Shown here one piece after another: positions 48,171-57,707 of a stretch of 64,000 nucleotides of DNA. The DNA is taken from contig JBDRBB010000001.1 in NCBI GenBank assembly GCA_043823065.1, positions 32,001 to 96,000 of the forward strand, given 5' to 3'. Positions within the stretch are counted from its first letter, which is position 1. Every line of letters begins with the position of its first letter. The notes under the pieces are model-generated. The model did no database searches. It was not told the origin of the DNA and worked only from the letters and a program-made list of their open reading frames with translations. Source of the stretch: Pseudomonadota bacterium. GTDB lineage: Bacteria; UBA10199; 2-02-FULL-44-16; DYJF01. The translations under genes were made by a program, and so were the position numbers.

Positions 48171-48871
48171 TGTCCGCTATTCCCAAACATATCGCAATAA
48201 TCATGGATGGCAATGGGCGTTGGGCCAAGGAGCGTGGTTTTTCGCGGGAAAGCGGCCATCAACGCGGCGCCAGAACCATAGAAGAAATTGTTGAAGTAGC
48301 TAAAAATATCGGTATTCGCTATCTCACCTTATATGCTTTTTCTGAAGAAAATTGGCAAAGGCCAAAAGAAGAAGTTAGAGCTTTAATGGAGCTTTTGCGT
48401 TTATACTTATCCTCCAAACGAGAAAAGATGATTAAGGAAGGTATTTGTTTTAGGGCCATTGGAGATCTGCATTCTTTGTCATCAGAGTTGCAAAAGGAAA
48501 TTGAAGAGACTTCAGCAGCTACTAAAATGGGTAAGAACATGACCCTGATTGTGGCGCTATCATATGGATCGCGCCAGGAAATTTGCCGCGCCATAAACAA
48601 ATTGTTGGCAAAAAATATTACTGAAGTTAGTCCGCAACTTTTAACTGAAGCTTTAGATACTTCTGGTATTCCAGATCCAGATTTGTTAATCAGAACTAGT
48701 GGTGAATATCGAATTAGCAATTTTTTACTTTGGCAAACAGCCTACACTGAATTTTATTTTACCGATGTTCATTGGCCAGATTTTGATCAAGAAGAATTAC
48801 TAAAAGCCATTGAAGAATATCAAAAACGTGAAAGAAGATTTGGATTAATTAGTGAACAATTGATGTCATGA
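48170..48871 (+). CDS. uppS: Undecaprenyl diphosphate synthase
   Basis: HIAIIMDGNGRWA, FSEENW, RTSGEYRISNFLLWQ. Confidence 0.97.
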   Translation: MSAIPKHIAIIMDGNGRWAKERGFSRESGHQRGARTIEEIVEVAKNIGIRYLTLYAFSEENWQRPKEEVRALMELLRLYLSSKREKMIKEGICFRAIGDLHSLSSELQKEIEETSAATKMGKNMTLIVALSYGSRQEICRAINKLLAKNITEVSPQLLTEALDTSGIPDPDLLIRTSGEYRISNFLLWQTAYTEFYFTDVHWPDFDQEELLKAIEEYQKRERRFGLISEQLMS

Positions 48872-48883
48872 CATTGGGGGAAG

Positions 48884-49678
48884 ATGAATAAAGTCATTTG
48901 GGCCATAATTTTAAGTGTGGCAACCGCGGCTGGCGTTTTATTTTTACCAGCTTTTATTTTTAAAATCTCGGCTCTTTTCTTGATTATTGGCAGTTTAGTG
49001 GAATATTCCCGTTTGGTTTTTAGCGTTTCTACGCAGCGAATAATTACCATTGTAGTAGGGTCAGTAGTGGCTGTGGCCTTAATTTTTGTTTGGCCTGAAA
49101 ACCAGGTTTTGTTTGTAGTGTTTGCCGGAGCGGTTTTTATTTTAGCCTTGCTTTTTATGTGGCAAACAAAAGTTTTAGAAGGTGTTTTGACTAATCTGGC
49201 AAACTCTGTGTTTGCGGTTTTTTATTTGGTTTTGGGTTTGGCAATGTGGTGTTGGTTAAGGGATTTGCCACAGGGCCAAGCCTGGGTGTTAATGACTTTA
49301 GCAGGTTCTTGTTTAAGTGACTCAGGTGCTTACATTGTTGGCAAAAGTTTTGGCAAACACAAGTTTGCACCAATGGTCAGCCCCAATAAAACCATAGAAG
49401 GCTTTGGCGGCGCTTTGTTAGGCAGTTTGCTAGGTGTTTTTATTGTCCACGCAATTTTTATCAAAACTGTGTTTTGGCCGCATTTGCTGATTTTAGCAGT
49501 TATTATTTGGTTAGTTTCAGCAATGGGCGATTTAGTGGAATCACTTATTAAACGCAGCTTGGCTGTTAAAGATTCTGGCGATTTAATTCCAGGTCATGGA
49601 GGTTTGTTAGATCGCTTGGATGCCTTGGTATTCACAGGTCCGGCTGTGTTTGTTTATGTAAAGAATATTATTCACTAA
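48884..49678 (+). CDS. cdsA: Phosphatidate cytidylyltransferase
   Basis: SPNKTIEG, GDLVESLIKR, KDSG..IPGHGGLLDRLD. Confidence 0.96.
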   Translation: MNKVIWAIILSVATAAGVLFLPAFIFKISALFLIIGSLVEYSRLVFSVSTQRIITIVVGSVVAVALIFVWPENQVLFVVFAGAVFILALLFMWQTKVLEGVLTNLANSVFAVFYLVLGLAMWCWLRDLPQGQAWVLMTLAGSCLSDSGAYIVGKSFGKHKFAPMVSPNKTIEGFGGALLGSLLGVFIVHAIFIKTVFWPHLLILAVIIWLVSAMGDLVESLIKRSLAVKDSGDLIPGHGGLLDRLDALVFTGPAVFVYVKNIIH

Positions 49679-49738
49679 TATTCTTCGAGCTGGTCGAGAA
49701 GAATATATTATTGTTCTCGACAGAACTCGAACAATAAT
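49678..49738. repeat. Family B element
   Basis: attcttcgagctggtcgagaagaat ... ttgttctcgacagaactcgaacaa. Confidence 0.85.
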
Positions 49739-49744
49739 AAAAAT

Positions 49745-50890
49745 ATGAAAAATATATCAATTTTAGGCAGTACTGGTTCCATTGGCACAAATGCTTTGCG
49801 TTTGGTAGCCAAACATCCGGACAAATTTAAGGTTGTTGGTTTAGCCGAAGGTCATGATGTTAATTTATTGGCTCAGCAAATTGAGCAGTTTAAACCCAGT
49901 TTGGTTTCAGTGAGAGATGCCAAAGCAGCAGGGGTGCTTAAAGCGTTAATAAAAAATCATGTTCCAGAAATTGTTTATGGTTTTAAGGGCGCGGCCTTAG
50001 TGGCAGCAATGCCTGAAACTGAAATTGTGTTGTCGGCAATTGTTGGTGCTGCAGGTTTAGTGCCCACTGTTGAAGCTATAAAGAAAGGCAAGACCATAGC
50101 CCTGGCCAACAAAGAAACATTAGTTGCTGGCGGTGCGTTTGTCACCGATTTGGCCAGACAAACTGGTTCAAAGATTTTACCAGTTGATAGTGAGCATAGT
50201 GCGATTTTTCAATCCCTGGTGGGACATCGTGCCCAGGATGTGTTGCGTATTATTTTAACTGCTTCTGGTGGTCCGTTTCGCCGACATAGTCTTCAAGATT
50301 TGGAAAAAGTGACTAAACAAGATGCCTTAAAACATCCCCGTTGGGAAATGGGCGCCAAGATTACCATAGATTCAGCAACTCTAATGAACAAAGGATTGGA
50401 AGTGATTGAAGCGCATTGGCTGTTTAATGTTCCAGCAGAAAAAATTGCAGTAGTGATTCATCCGGAAAGCATTGTTCATTCTATGGTGGAATATGTTGAT
50501 GGTTGTGTCATGGCTGAACTGGGTATGCCAGATATGCAAGCGCCAATTGCCTATGCCTTGGCTTATCCAGAAAGAATTGAAACCAATGTAGAACCTTTGG
50601 ATTTGACCAAAATTAGCACGCTGCAGTTTGAGAAGCCGGATTTAGAAAAATTTCCTGCATTAAGTTTAGCTTATCAAGCCCTGAAGCAGGGGGGAAGCTA
50701 TTCAATAGTTTTGAATGCTGCTAATGAAGTTGCAGTACAGGCGTTTTTAGAAGAAAAAATTAAGTTTAAGAATATTGTTCAAGTTGTGGAAAAAACTATG
50801 GCTGCCCATTCTAGCCGAACCTGTATGAGTGTAGAAGATATTTTGGATGTAGACACCTGGGCTCGTAAGGAGGCGCTAAAAGGCGTATAA
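49745..50890 (+). CDS. dxr: 1-deoxy-D-xylulose-5-phosphate reductoisomerase
   Basis: [37 protein letters not shown]. Confidence 0.98.
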   Translation: MKNISILGSTGSIGTNALRLVAKHPDKFKVVGLAEGHDVNLLAQQIEQFKPSLVSVRDAKAAGVLKALIKNHVPEIVYGFKGAALVAAMPETEIVLSAIVGAAGLVPTVEAIKKGKTIALANKETLVAGGAFVTDLARQTGSKILPVDSEHSAIFQSLVGHRAQDVLRIILTASGGPFRRHSLQDLEKVTKQDALKHPRWEMGAKITIDSATLMNKGLEVIEAHWLFNVPAEKIAVVIHPESIVHSMVEYVDGCVMAELGMPDMQAPIAYALAYPERIETNVEPLDLTKISTLQFEKPDLEKFPALSLAYQALKQGGSYSIVLNAANEVAVQAFLEEKIKFKNIVQVVEKTMAAHSSRTCMSVEDILDVDTWARKEALKGV

Positions 50891-50898
50891 GGAATCAT

Positions 50899-52245
50899 AT
50901 GACTCTAATCTATTTCATAATTGCTCTGGGAATTCTCATTTTTGTTCACGAAGCTGGTCATTTTATTATGGCTAAGAGAGCTGGAGTGTGTGTGCAAGAG
51001 TTTTCTTTTGGTTTTGGTCCGCGCTTGATTGGTTTTAAAAAAGGCGAGACCGACTATCGCATTTGTCTGCTGCCCTTAGGTGGTTATGTGAAAATGTTAG
51101 GAGAAGAACCAACTGAAGAGGGTGCTGATAATCCTCGTTCTTTTGCCAGGAAATCTATTTGGCAAAGAGCATTGATCGTGAGTTTTGGTCCGGTCATGAA
51201 TGTTATTTTTGCCATGTTGGTTATGCCGCTGGTGTTTTTTATTGGTCGTGGCCAGCCTGCTTATTTGCAAGAAGCGCCGGTTCTAGTTGGAGTTAAAGCA
51301 GAATCGCCAGCAGCGCTAGCTGGTCTAAAAAAGGGGGATTTGATCAAAGCCATAGATGCTAAATCAGTTGATACTTGGGAAGAAGTTTTAAATCAGGTGA
51401 TCATTTCCGGGGGTGCTACTTTAGCTCTAACCATTGAACGCGATGCTGATACTTTGTCCAAAAATATTAAGGTAGATAAAAAAGAGGATACCAAAGCCGG
51501 TTATTTGGGCATTGCTCCCATGTATTTTTTTGGAGATGGCGTAGTTGTTGATAGTGTTATGGACGATGGGCCAGCTGCTAAGGCGGGTCTTAAACCGAAT
51601 GATCGTATTGTTAGTGTTAATAATCAGGAAATTAATAACTTTATGGAATTTTCTCCTTTAGTTAATGAGTTGGGAGATAAAAAAATTCGTTTGGGCCTAA
51701 TTAGAGACAATAAAAAAATATTTAAAACCATTCAGCCAGAATATTCTGAAGAAAATAAGAGATGGATGATTGGCATAGCTATGAGCACCCAGATGGATAT
51801 GCCCATGCAGCAAATGCGTTATGGGTTATTGAAGTCCTTTAAATACGGTTTTCTGGAAAATATTAAATTGCTGAAGCTTACCTTTGATGTTTTAAAACGC
51901 CTGATTACTTTTCAGCTATCTTATAAAGTGTTAGGCGGCCCAGTAATGATAGCTAAAGCCTCTGCGGTTGCTGCTGCTTCTGGCTTGACCCACTTTTTAT
52001 ATTTCTTGGCTTTTTTAAGCATGCAACTAGCTATTATTAATCTTTTGCCCATTCCTGTTTTAGATGGCGGACATCTTCTATTTTTAGGAATTGAAAAAAT
52101 CAAAAAAAGTCCAGTTAATCTGAGAGTCCGGCAAACCTTAACTCAAGTTGGTTTTATCCTTTTGATTTCCTTAATCCTGATTATCACCTGGAATGATGTA
52201 AATAATCTGTTTGGTATTAAAGAATGGATAAAAAATCTATTTTAG
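50899..52245 (+). CDS. rseP: Intramembrane zinc metalloprotease RseP
   Basis: HEAGH, two PDZ-like regions, NLLPIPVLDGG. Confidence 0.96.
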   Translation: MTLIYFIIALGILIFVHEAGHFIMAKRAGVCVQEFSFGFGPRLIGFKKGETDYRICLLPLGGYVKMLGEEPTEEGADNPRSFARKSIWQRALIVSFGPVMNVIFAMLVMPLVFFIGRGQPAYLQEAPVLVGVKAESPAALAGLKKGDLIKAIDAKSVDTWEEVLNQVIISGGATLALTIERDADTLSKNIKVDKKEDTKAGYLGIAPMYFFGDGVVVDSVMDDGPAAKAGLKPNDRIVSVNNQEINNFMEFSPLVNELGDKKIRLGLIRDNKKIFKTIQPEYSEENKRWMIGIAMSTQMDMPMQQMRYGLLKSFKYGFLENIKLLKLTFDVLKRLITFQLSYKVLGGPVMIAKASAVAAASGLTHFLYFLAFLSMQLAIINLLPIPVLDGGHLLFLGIEKIKKSPVNLRVRQTLTQVGFILLISLILIITWNDVNNLFGIKEWIKNLF

Positions 52246-52940
52246 CCATCGACACCTCTACTGTTTTTGGTTCAGTAGCTGTTTGTCAAAACAAGGAGTT
52301 GGTTGCGCAAGTGCAACTTGGCGTTAAAGTTACGCATTCTGAGCGTTTGCTGGCTACTATTGAAAGTGTTTTGCAATTTGCCGATATCGATAAACATCAA
52401 TTAGATGCAGTTGCTGTGGCTAGCGGCCCAGGTTCATTTACTGGTTTGCGTATTGGTTTGGCTACAGCTAAAGGCTTGGCTTTGGGCTTAGATATACCCT
52501 TGTATGGCATCTCTTCCTTATTAACACTTGCCTACAATGGTTTGTTTGCCAAAGACATAGTGGTTTCAGTGATAGATGCCAGGCGGCAGGAAGTTTATGC
52601 TGCAGCATATTGTTTTGAACTGGCTCACAAAAATGAGCAGGTAAAATCACTTCTTCCAGAACAAACAATTTCTCCTAAAAATTTAGCTGAAGAACTGAAA
52701 CAATTTTCTGAACCTTTATTGTTTATGGGAGATGGCGCTCAAGTTTATGAACAAGAGTTTAAACGTATTTTAGGAGAGCAAGCTATTTTTTCAAGTTTTG
52801 ATAATCGCTATCCCCAAGCTGCTAATTTGGCGAGCTTAGCCTATGAAAAACTGTGCACAGATGAAAAAGATGATTTAGAAACCCTGAGTCCTAATTATCT
52901 GCGCAAATCAGATGCTGAAATAGGTTTTAAGGGGAAGTAG
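52224..52940 (+). CDS. tsaB: tRNA t6A biosynthesis protein TsaB
   Basis: LAIDTS, GPGSFTGLRIG, IDARRQEVY, PNYLR. Confidence 0.96.
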   Translation: MDKKSILAIDTSTVFGSVAVCQNKELVAQVQLGVKVTHSERLLATIESVLQFADIDKHQLDAVAVASGPGSFTGLRIGLATAKGLALGLDIPLYGISSLLTLAYNGLFAKDIVVSVIDARRQEVYAAAYCFELAHKNEQVKSLLPEQTISPKNLAEELKQFSEPLLFMGDGAQVYEQEFKRILGEQAIFSSFDNRYPQAANLASLAYEKLCTDEKDDLETLSPNYLRKSDAEIGFKGK

Positions 52941-52943
52941 TTA

Positions 52944-53031
52944 CGCCCTTCGACCAGCTCAGGGCGAACGAAATGGTGACCGTTCGTGCTGAGTCCTGTC
53001 CTGAGCGAAGTCGAAGGGTTGTCGAAGCATG
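52944..53031. repeat. Family A element with a second family A unit nested in its loop
   Basis: cgcccttcgaccagctcagggcg ... gtgctgag[tcctgtcctgagcgaagtcgaagggt]tgtcgaagcat. Confidence 0.85.
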
Positions 53032-53046
53032 ATTTTTGAGGTTAGC

Positions 53047-54597
53047 ATGAAAATAATTACCATTGATGGTAAATCGCTAAACTTTGCCGATATAGATATT
53101 TTTTTGAAAGAGAAAGTAAGAATCAATATTGCGCATGAAGCTGTTTTGCGCATTAAAAATGCCCGCGAATTTGTAGAAAGTAAATTAGGAGATTCCCAAG
53201 CCATATATGGCGTTAATACTGGTTTTGGCAGGTTGGCTTCAAAAAAAATTTCTACTCAACAACTAGAAGAGCTTCAGCAAAATCTAATTATTTCCCATGC
53301 AGCTGGAGTTGGAGATTATTTTCCAGACAATTTAGCCAGATTAATTATGCTGCTGCGGGCCAATGTTTTAGCTGCTGGTTTTTCTGGAATTAAGCCAGAA
53401 ACTTTAGAATTATTGAAGGAAATTTTAAATAAAGATATTATTCCGCTAATTCCTTGCCAGGGTTCTGTTGGAGCTAGTGGTGATTTAAGCCCGTTAGCTC
53501 ATATTGCTTTGGTATTGTTGGGTATGGGCAAGGTAAAATTTCATGGAAAAATAATGGAAGCTAGCTCAGCCCTAGAAAAAGCGGGTTTGAAGCCCGTCAA
53601 GTTAGCGGCTAAAGAAGGATTAGCCTTAATCAATGGCACACAAGCTATGTGCGCTTTGGGTGCAACTGCTGTGATTAAAGCGCAAAAATTAGTTAAACTG
53701 GCTGATATTGTTGGAGCCTTGTCAATAGAAGGAGACAGGGCCTCGCTTAAACCTTTTGACGAAAGAATCCACAAAATTAGACCACATCCTGGTCAGCTGG
53801 CCACAGCCCAAAATGTTCGGCGTCTTTTGGAAGATTCTGAAATTATTAATTCCCATCTTAAATGTAAAAGAGTGCAAGACCCATATAGCTTTCGCTGTAT
53901 TCCCCAAGTGCACGGTGCTGTTAAGGATAGCATAAAGCATTGCGGCGCAGTAATTGAAAGAGAACTAAACAGTTGTACAGATAATCCTCTGGTTTTTGCA
54001 GATGATGAAGAAATTATTTCAGGTGGTAATTTTCATGGTGAGCCTTTAGCCATGGCCCTGGATTTTTTGACCATTGCCTTAGCTGAGCTAGGCAGTATTT
54101 CAGAAAGAAGGGTGGCAATTTTACTTTCTCCTTTAGAAGAAGAATTGTCGCAAAAATATTTGGTGAACAATTCTGGTCTAAATTCTGGTTTGGCGCCTTT
54201 GCATGTAACTATGGCAGCTTTGGTTTCTGAAAATAAAACTTTAGCTCATCCAGCTAGTGTAGATTCAATTCCTACTTTTGCTGGCCAGGAAGATCATGTT
54301 AGCATGGGACTTTGGGGAGCGCGTAAATCTTTGCAAGTTGCTGAAAACATTGAAAAAATATTAGCAATAGAATTGCTGGCTGCTGCTCAAGCCATAGATT
54401 TGGGGCAAAAAGAGAGTCAAAAACAAAAAACATTGGGAAAGGGTACAAGTCAAGCTTATGAGCTGATTAGAAAAACAGTTTCTTATTTAGAAAAAGATCG
54501 ATTAATTAATATAGATATCCAAAACTGTTTGAAATTAGTTGCTTCGGAAGCAATTTTAACTCTGGTAGAAGCGTCAATTGGTAGCTTGCGTCTTTAA
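53047..54597 (+). CDS. hutH: Histidine ammonia-lyase
   Basis: YGVNTGFG, GSVGASGDL (MIO), QDPYSFRC, SGGNFHG, QEDHVSMG. Confidence 0.95.
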   Translation: MKIITIDGKSLNFADIDIFLKEKVRINIAHEAVLRIKNAREFVESKLGDSQAIYGVNTGFGRLASKKISTQQLEELQQNLIISHAAGVGDYFPDNLARLIMLLRANVLAAGFSGIKPETLELLKEILNKDIIPLIPCQGSVGASGDLSPLAHIALVLLGMGKVKFHGKIMEASSALEKAGLKPVKLAAKEGLALINGTQAMCALGATAVIKAQKLVKLADIVGALSIEGDRASLKPFDERIHKIRPHPGQLATAQNVRRLLEDSEIINSHLKCKRVQDPYSFRCIPQVHGAVKDSIKHCGAVIERELNSCTDNPLVFADDEEIISGGNFHGEPLAMALDFLTIALAELGSISERRVAILLSPLEEELSQKYLVNNSGLNSGLAPLHVTMAALVSENKTLAHPASVDSIPTFAGQEDHVSMGLWGARKSLQVAENIEKILAIELLAAAQAIDLGQKESQKQKTLGKGTSQAYELIRKTVSYLEKDRLINIDIQNCLKLVASEAILTLVEASIGSLRL

Positions 54598-54666
54598 TAA
54601 AAATACTTGAAATGCGGTTTCTTATATGTTCAGTTAGTATTCAAGATTATTATATGGAGGTCAAAT

Positions 54667-54897
54667 ATGGAACAAAGAGATTTGGAATTAATAAAGAAAT
54701 ATTGCTCTTCAGATGAAAAATTGAAGCGTCTATATGATGAACATATAGATTTAGAGAAGAAATTAGAAGATTTAAGCGAAAAGTCTTATCTAACACCTGA
54801 AGAAGAGACAGAAAAGGCTAGATTAAAAAAGGTAAAATTAAAAGGAAGAGATGCCATTGAAGTAATTTTGAGCAAGTATAGGCAGGTAGAAAAATAA
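54667..54897 (+). CDS. Small coiled-coil protein, DUF465/YdcH-like
   Basis: L..EH..LE...LTPEEE....LKK.KL.G.D pattern; SD ggagg before ATG 54667. Confidence 0.7.
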   Translation: MEQRDLELIKKYCSSDEKLKRLYDEHIDLEKKLEDLSEKSYLTPEEETEKARLKKVKLKGRDAIEVILSKYRQVEK

Positions 54898-54906
54898 GTA
54901 AAGTCT

Positions 54907-55581
54907 ATGCATAAAATTCCATATCGTCCTAAACCTAAACAAAGGATTGTTACACCAGAAGGCTATCCTTTTATTATTTTAGGGATTATTTTTTTCATTA
55001 TTAGCTATTTATTCCACTGGAATTTAGCAGCTTTTATCTTAGCTGGCCTAACGCTTTTTATCTGTTTCTTTTTTAGAAATCCAAAGCGGCAAACCAAATT
55101 AGCCCAAGATGAAAGTTTAATTTTAGCGCCAGCAGATGGAAAAATTATTGCTATTGAAAGGGTGAGCAAAGATCCAATTTTGGGAGAGCCTGCATTAAAA
55201 ATTTCCACTTTTATGTCGGTTTTTAATTGTCATGTAAATCGTTTGCCAATCACCGGTTTTGCAGAGAAAATAAAATACAATCCTGGTCGATTTTTTGTAG
55301 CTAGTTTGGACAAGGCATCAGAGCAAAATGAGCGCAATGCCTTGTTAATCAAAAATAATCGGGGACAGAAAATGGTAGTAGTGCAAATAGCTGGTTTAAT
55401 CGCCAGGCGGATAGTTTGTTATCTAAAAGAGGGTGCCTGTGTTGTTAAAGGCTCCAGATTAGGATTAATTCGCTTTGGCTCAAGAGTGGATGTTTATTTA
55501 CCTTTGGAGAATATTGAAGTTTTGGTAAAACTAAAAGACAGGGTTAAAGCTGGAAAAACAGTATTGGGGAGATGGCGATGA
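54907..55581 (+). CDS. psd: Phosphatidylserine decarboxylase (PSD-A type)
   Basis: FFFRNP, APADG, HVNR.P, IAGLIARRI, IRFGSRVD. Confidence 0.94.
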   Translation: MHKIPYRPKPKQRIVTPEGYPFIILGIIFFIISYLFHWNLAAFILAGLTLFICFFFRNPKRQTKLAQDESLILAPADGKIIAIERVSKDPILGEPALKISTFMSVFNCHVNRLPITGFAEKIKYNPGRFFVASLDKASEQNERNALLIKNNRGQKMVVVQIAGLIARRIVCYLKEGACVVKGSRLGLIRFGSRVDVYLPLENIEVLVKLKDRVKAGKTVLGRWR

Positions 55582-56366
55582 CCAAAAATCGTTTTAGTCG
55601 AGGAGTTTACATTTTACCAAATCTTTGCACCACAGCTAGTTTATTTTGTGGTTTTTTTGCTGTTATAAAGTCTTTAGCTGGTCAACCAGTGGCTGCAGCT
55701 TGGGCTATTTTATTGGCTGGTGTGTTTGATTTGCTGGATGGAAGAGTAGCCAGGCTTACCCATGCTGAAAGCCAGTTTGGTATTGAATATGATTCATTGG
55801 TAGATTTGGCTTCTTTTGGTTTGGCCCCAGGAATTTTAATGTATACTTGGACTTTGTATGGATTAGGTAAAATTGGCTGGCTTGCTGCTTTTCTTTATTT
55901 TGCTTGTGGTGCCATGCGTTTGGCTCGCTATAATTTACAACACAGCACTGTTGAGGATAAACGTTTTCAAGGCCTGCCTATTCCAGTGGCAGCATATGTA
56001 TTGGCCAGTTATGTAAATTTCCATTATTATTTTAATAATCTGGCGCCTAAAGGTAGTCATGTTGTCTTGGCCATGACTGTTGTTTTGTCTTTGCTTATGG
56101 TTTCCAATATTGGCTATTTAAGTTTTAAACAATTTAATTTCAGGCGCAAAGAATCATTTTTTGTCCTGGTGCTTTTTGTGATTGGAATTTTTATTGTAGC
56201 GTTAAGACCAGAAGCCACCATGTTTGTTCTAGTGGTGGGTTATGTGATTTATGGAATTATTGAAGAGTTTTTTAGGATGCGCAAACGTCTGGCTTTATCC
56301 CAACGATTGAGAGAACGCAGGGAAAAAAGGCGTCAAAGAAAACAACTAGCTGTTGTTAACGAATAA
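55572..56366 (+). CDS. pssA: CDP-diacylglycerol--serine O-phosphatidyltransferase
   Basis: LPNLCT, DLLDGRVAR...G.EYDSLVD..SFG.AP, RLARYN. Confidence 0.94.
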   Translation: MAMTKNRFSRGVYILPNLCTTASLFCGFFAVIKSLAGQPVAAAWAILLAGVFDLLDGRVARLTHAESQFGIEYDSLVDLASFGLAPGILMYTWTLYGLGKIGWLAAFLYFACGAMRLARYNLQHSTVEDKRFQGLPIPVAAYVLASYVNFHYYFNNLAPKGSHVVLAMTVVLSLLMVSNIGYLSFKQFNFRRKESFFVLVLFVIGIFIVALRPEATMFVLVVGYVIYGIIEEFFRMRKRLALSQRLRERREKRRQRKQLAVVNE

Positions 56367-56368
56367 GC

Positions 56369-56398
56369 TTGTCATTCCCGCTTGCGCGGGAATGACAA
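56369..56398. repeat. Family D minimal hairpin
   Basis: ttgtcattcccgc-ttgc-gcgggaatgacaa perfect stem. Confidence 0.85.
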
Positions 56399-56411
56399 TA
56401 TTGCTGATCTT

Positions 56412-56687
56412 ATGCAATGTGCGTTTTGTGAAAAACAAATTGAAATTTTGGATAAGGTTGGGCGCCAAGATGTTTGCCCCAATTGTCAGCAAGATTTGCA
56501 TTGCTGCAAGCAATGTCGGTTTTATGATCCAGCAGCATATAATGAATGCCATGAGACTCAGGCTGAGCGGGTTTTAGACAAAGAAAAAGCCAATTTTTGC
56601 GATTATTTTCAATTTGGAAGCAATAAAAAAATAGATAATAATAAAAATGAAACTGTTTCAAAGTTAGAGGCTTTGTTTAAAAAATGA
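56412..56687 (+). CDS. Small Cys-rich, zinc-finger-like hypothetical protein
   Basis: CAFC, CPNC, CKQC, NFCDYF; stop overlaps the asd start. Confidence 0.7.
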   Translation: MQCAFCEKQIEILDKVGRQDVCPNCQQDLHCCKQCRFYDPAAYNECHETQAERVLDKEKANFCDYFQFGSNKKIDNNKNETVSKLEALFKK

Positions 56688-57706
56688 CTCAAAAAAAATA
56701 TAACATAGCAATAGTAGGCGCCACCGGAGCGGTGGGGCAGGAGATGATCAATATTTTGGATGAGCGCAAATTTCCTGTTGGCGATCTTTTCCCTTTGGCT
56801 TCGGAAAATTCGTTGGGTAAGACAGTTAGTTTTCGGGGCCAGGATTTGCGCGTAGATATTCCTGGTGAAGAAGTTTTTAAAAAAACAGATATTGCTTTGT
56901 TCTCTGCTGGGAATGCTATCAGTCAAGAGTATGCGCCAATTGCTGCAGGTTGCCATGCTGTGGTCATTGATAATTCCAGTGCTTTTCGAATGGAGCCAGA
57001 CATCCCTTTGGTTGTGCCTGAAGTTAATCCAGATGAAATTAAAAATTATAAAAATCGCGGTATTATTGCTAATCCCAACTGCTCCACTATTCAGTTAGTA
57101 GTGGTTTTAAATCCTTTGCATCAGCGCTACAGCCTGAAACGCGCAGTGGTAGCTACCTATCAATCCACATCAGGCGCTGGATCCGAAGCTATGGATGAGT
57201 TATCAGCTCAAACCTTGGCGTTGTTTTCAAATAAGGAAATTAAAAATAGTGTGTTTAAACACCGTATTGCTTTTAATTTAATTCCCCAAATTGATGTGTT
57301 TTTGGCTGATGGTTCAACCAAAGAAGAAGCCAAGCTGGTTAATGAAACCAAGAAAATTTTGGGGGATAAAAATATTTTAGTAACTGCCACGGCTGTGCGA
57401 GTGCCGGTTTTTTATAGTCATTCCGAGGCAGTTAATCTGGAATTCAATACTAAAATAAATATTGAAGAGGTGCGTAAAATATTAAGCAATGCACCAGGTG
57501 TAACTGTTATGGATGATCCAAGTAATTTTGAATATCCCATGCCGGTTTTTACTTCAGGCAAAGATGATGTTTATGTAGGACGAATTAGGCGAGATGAAAC
57601 CATAGCAAATGGATTGAATCTTTGGGTGGTTGCTGATAATCTACGCAAAGGAGCAGCATTAAATGCCGTACAAATAGCTGAAAGATTAATAGCCGAACAC
57701 CTTTAA
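56684..57706 (+). CDS. asd: Aspartate-semialdehyde dehydrogenase
   Basis: VGATGAVG, IDNSSAFR, ANPNCST, DNLRKGAALNAVQ. Confidence 0.98.
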   Translation: MTQKKYNIAIVGATGAVGQEMINILDERKFPVGDLFPLASENSLGKTVSFRGQDLRVDIPGEEVFKKTDIALFSAGNAISQEYAPIAAGCHAVVIDNSSAFRMEPDIPLVVPEVNPDEIKNYKNRGIIANPNCSTIQLVVVLNPLHQRYSLKRAVVATYQSTSGAGSEAMDELSAQTLALFSNKEIKNSVFKHRIAFNLIPQIDVFLADGSTKEEAKLVNETKKILGDKNILVTATAVRVPVFYSHSEAVNLEFNTKINIEEVRKILSNAPGVTVMDDPSNFEYPMPVFTSGKDDVYVGRIRRDETIANGLNLWVVADNLRKGAALNAVQIAERLIAEHL

Positions 57707-57707
57707 T

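Noticed and set aside
53047..54597. Stand-alone hutH as a secondary-metabolite aminomutase
   Set aside because: Motifs fit an ordinary histidine ammonia-lyase and there is no biosynthetic cluster nearby
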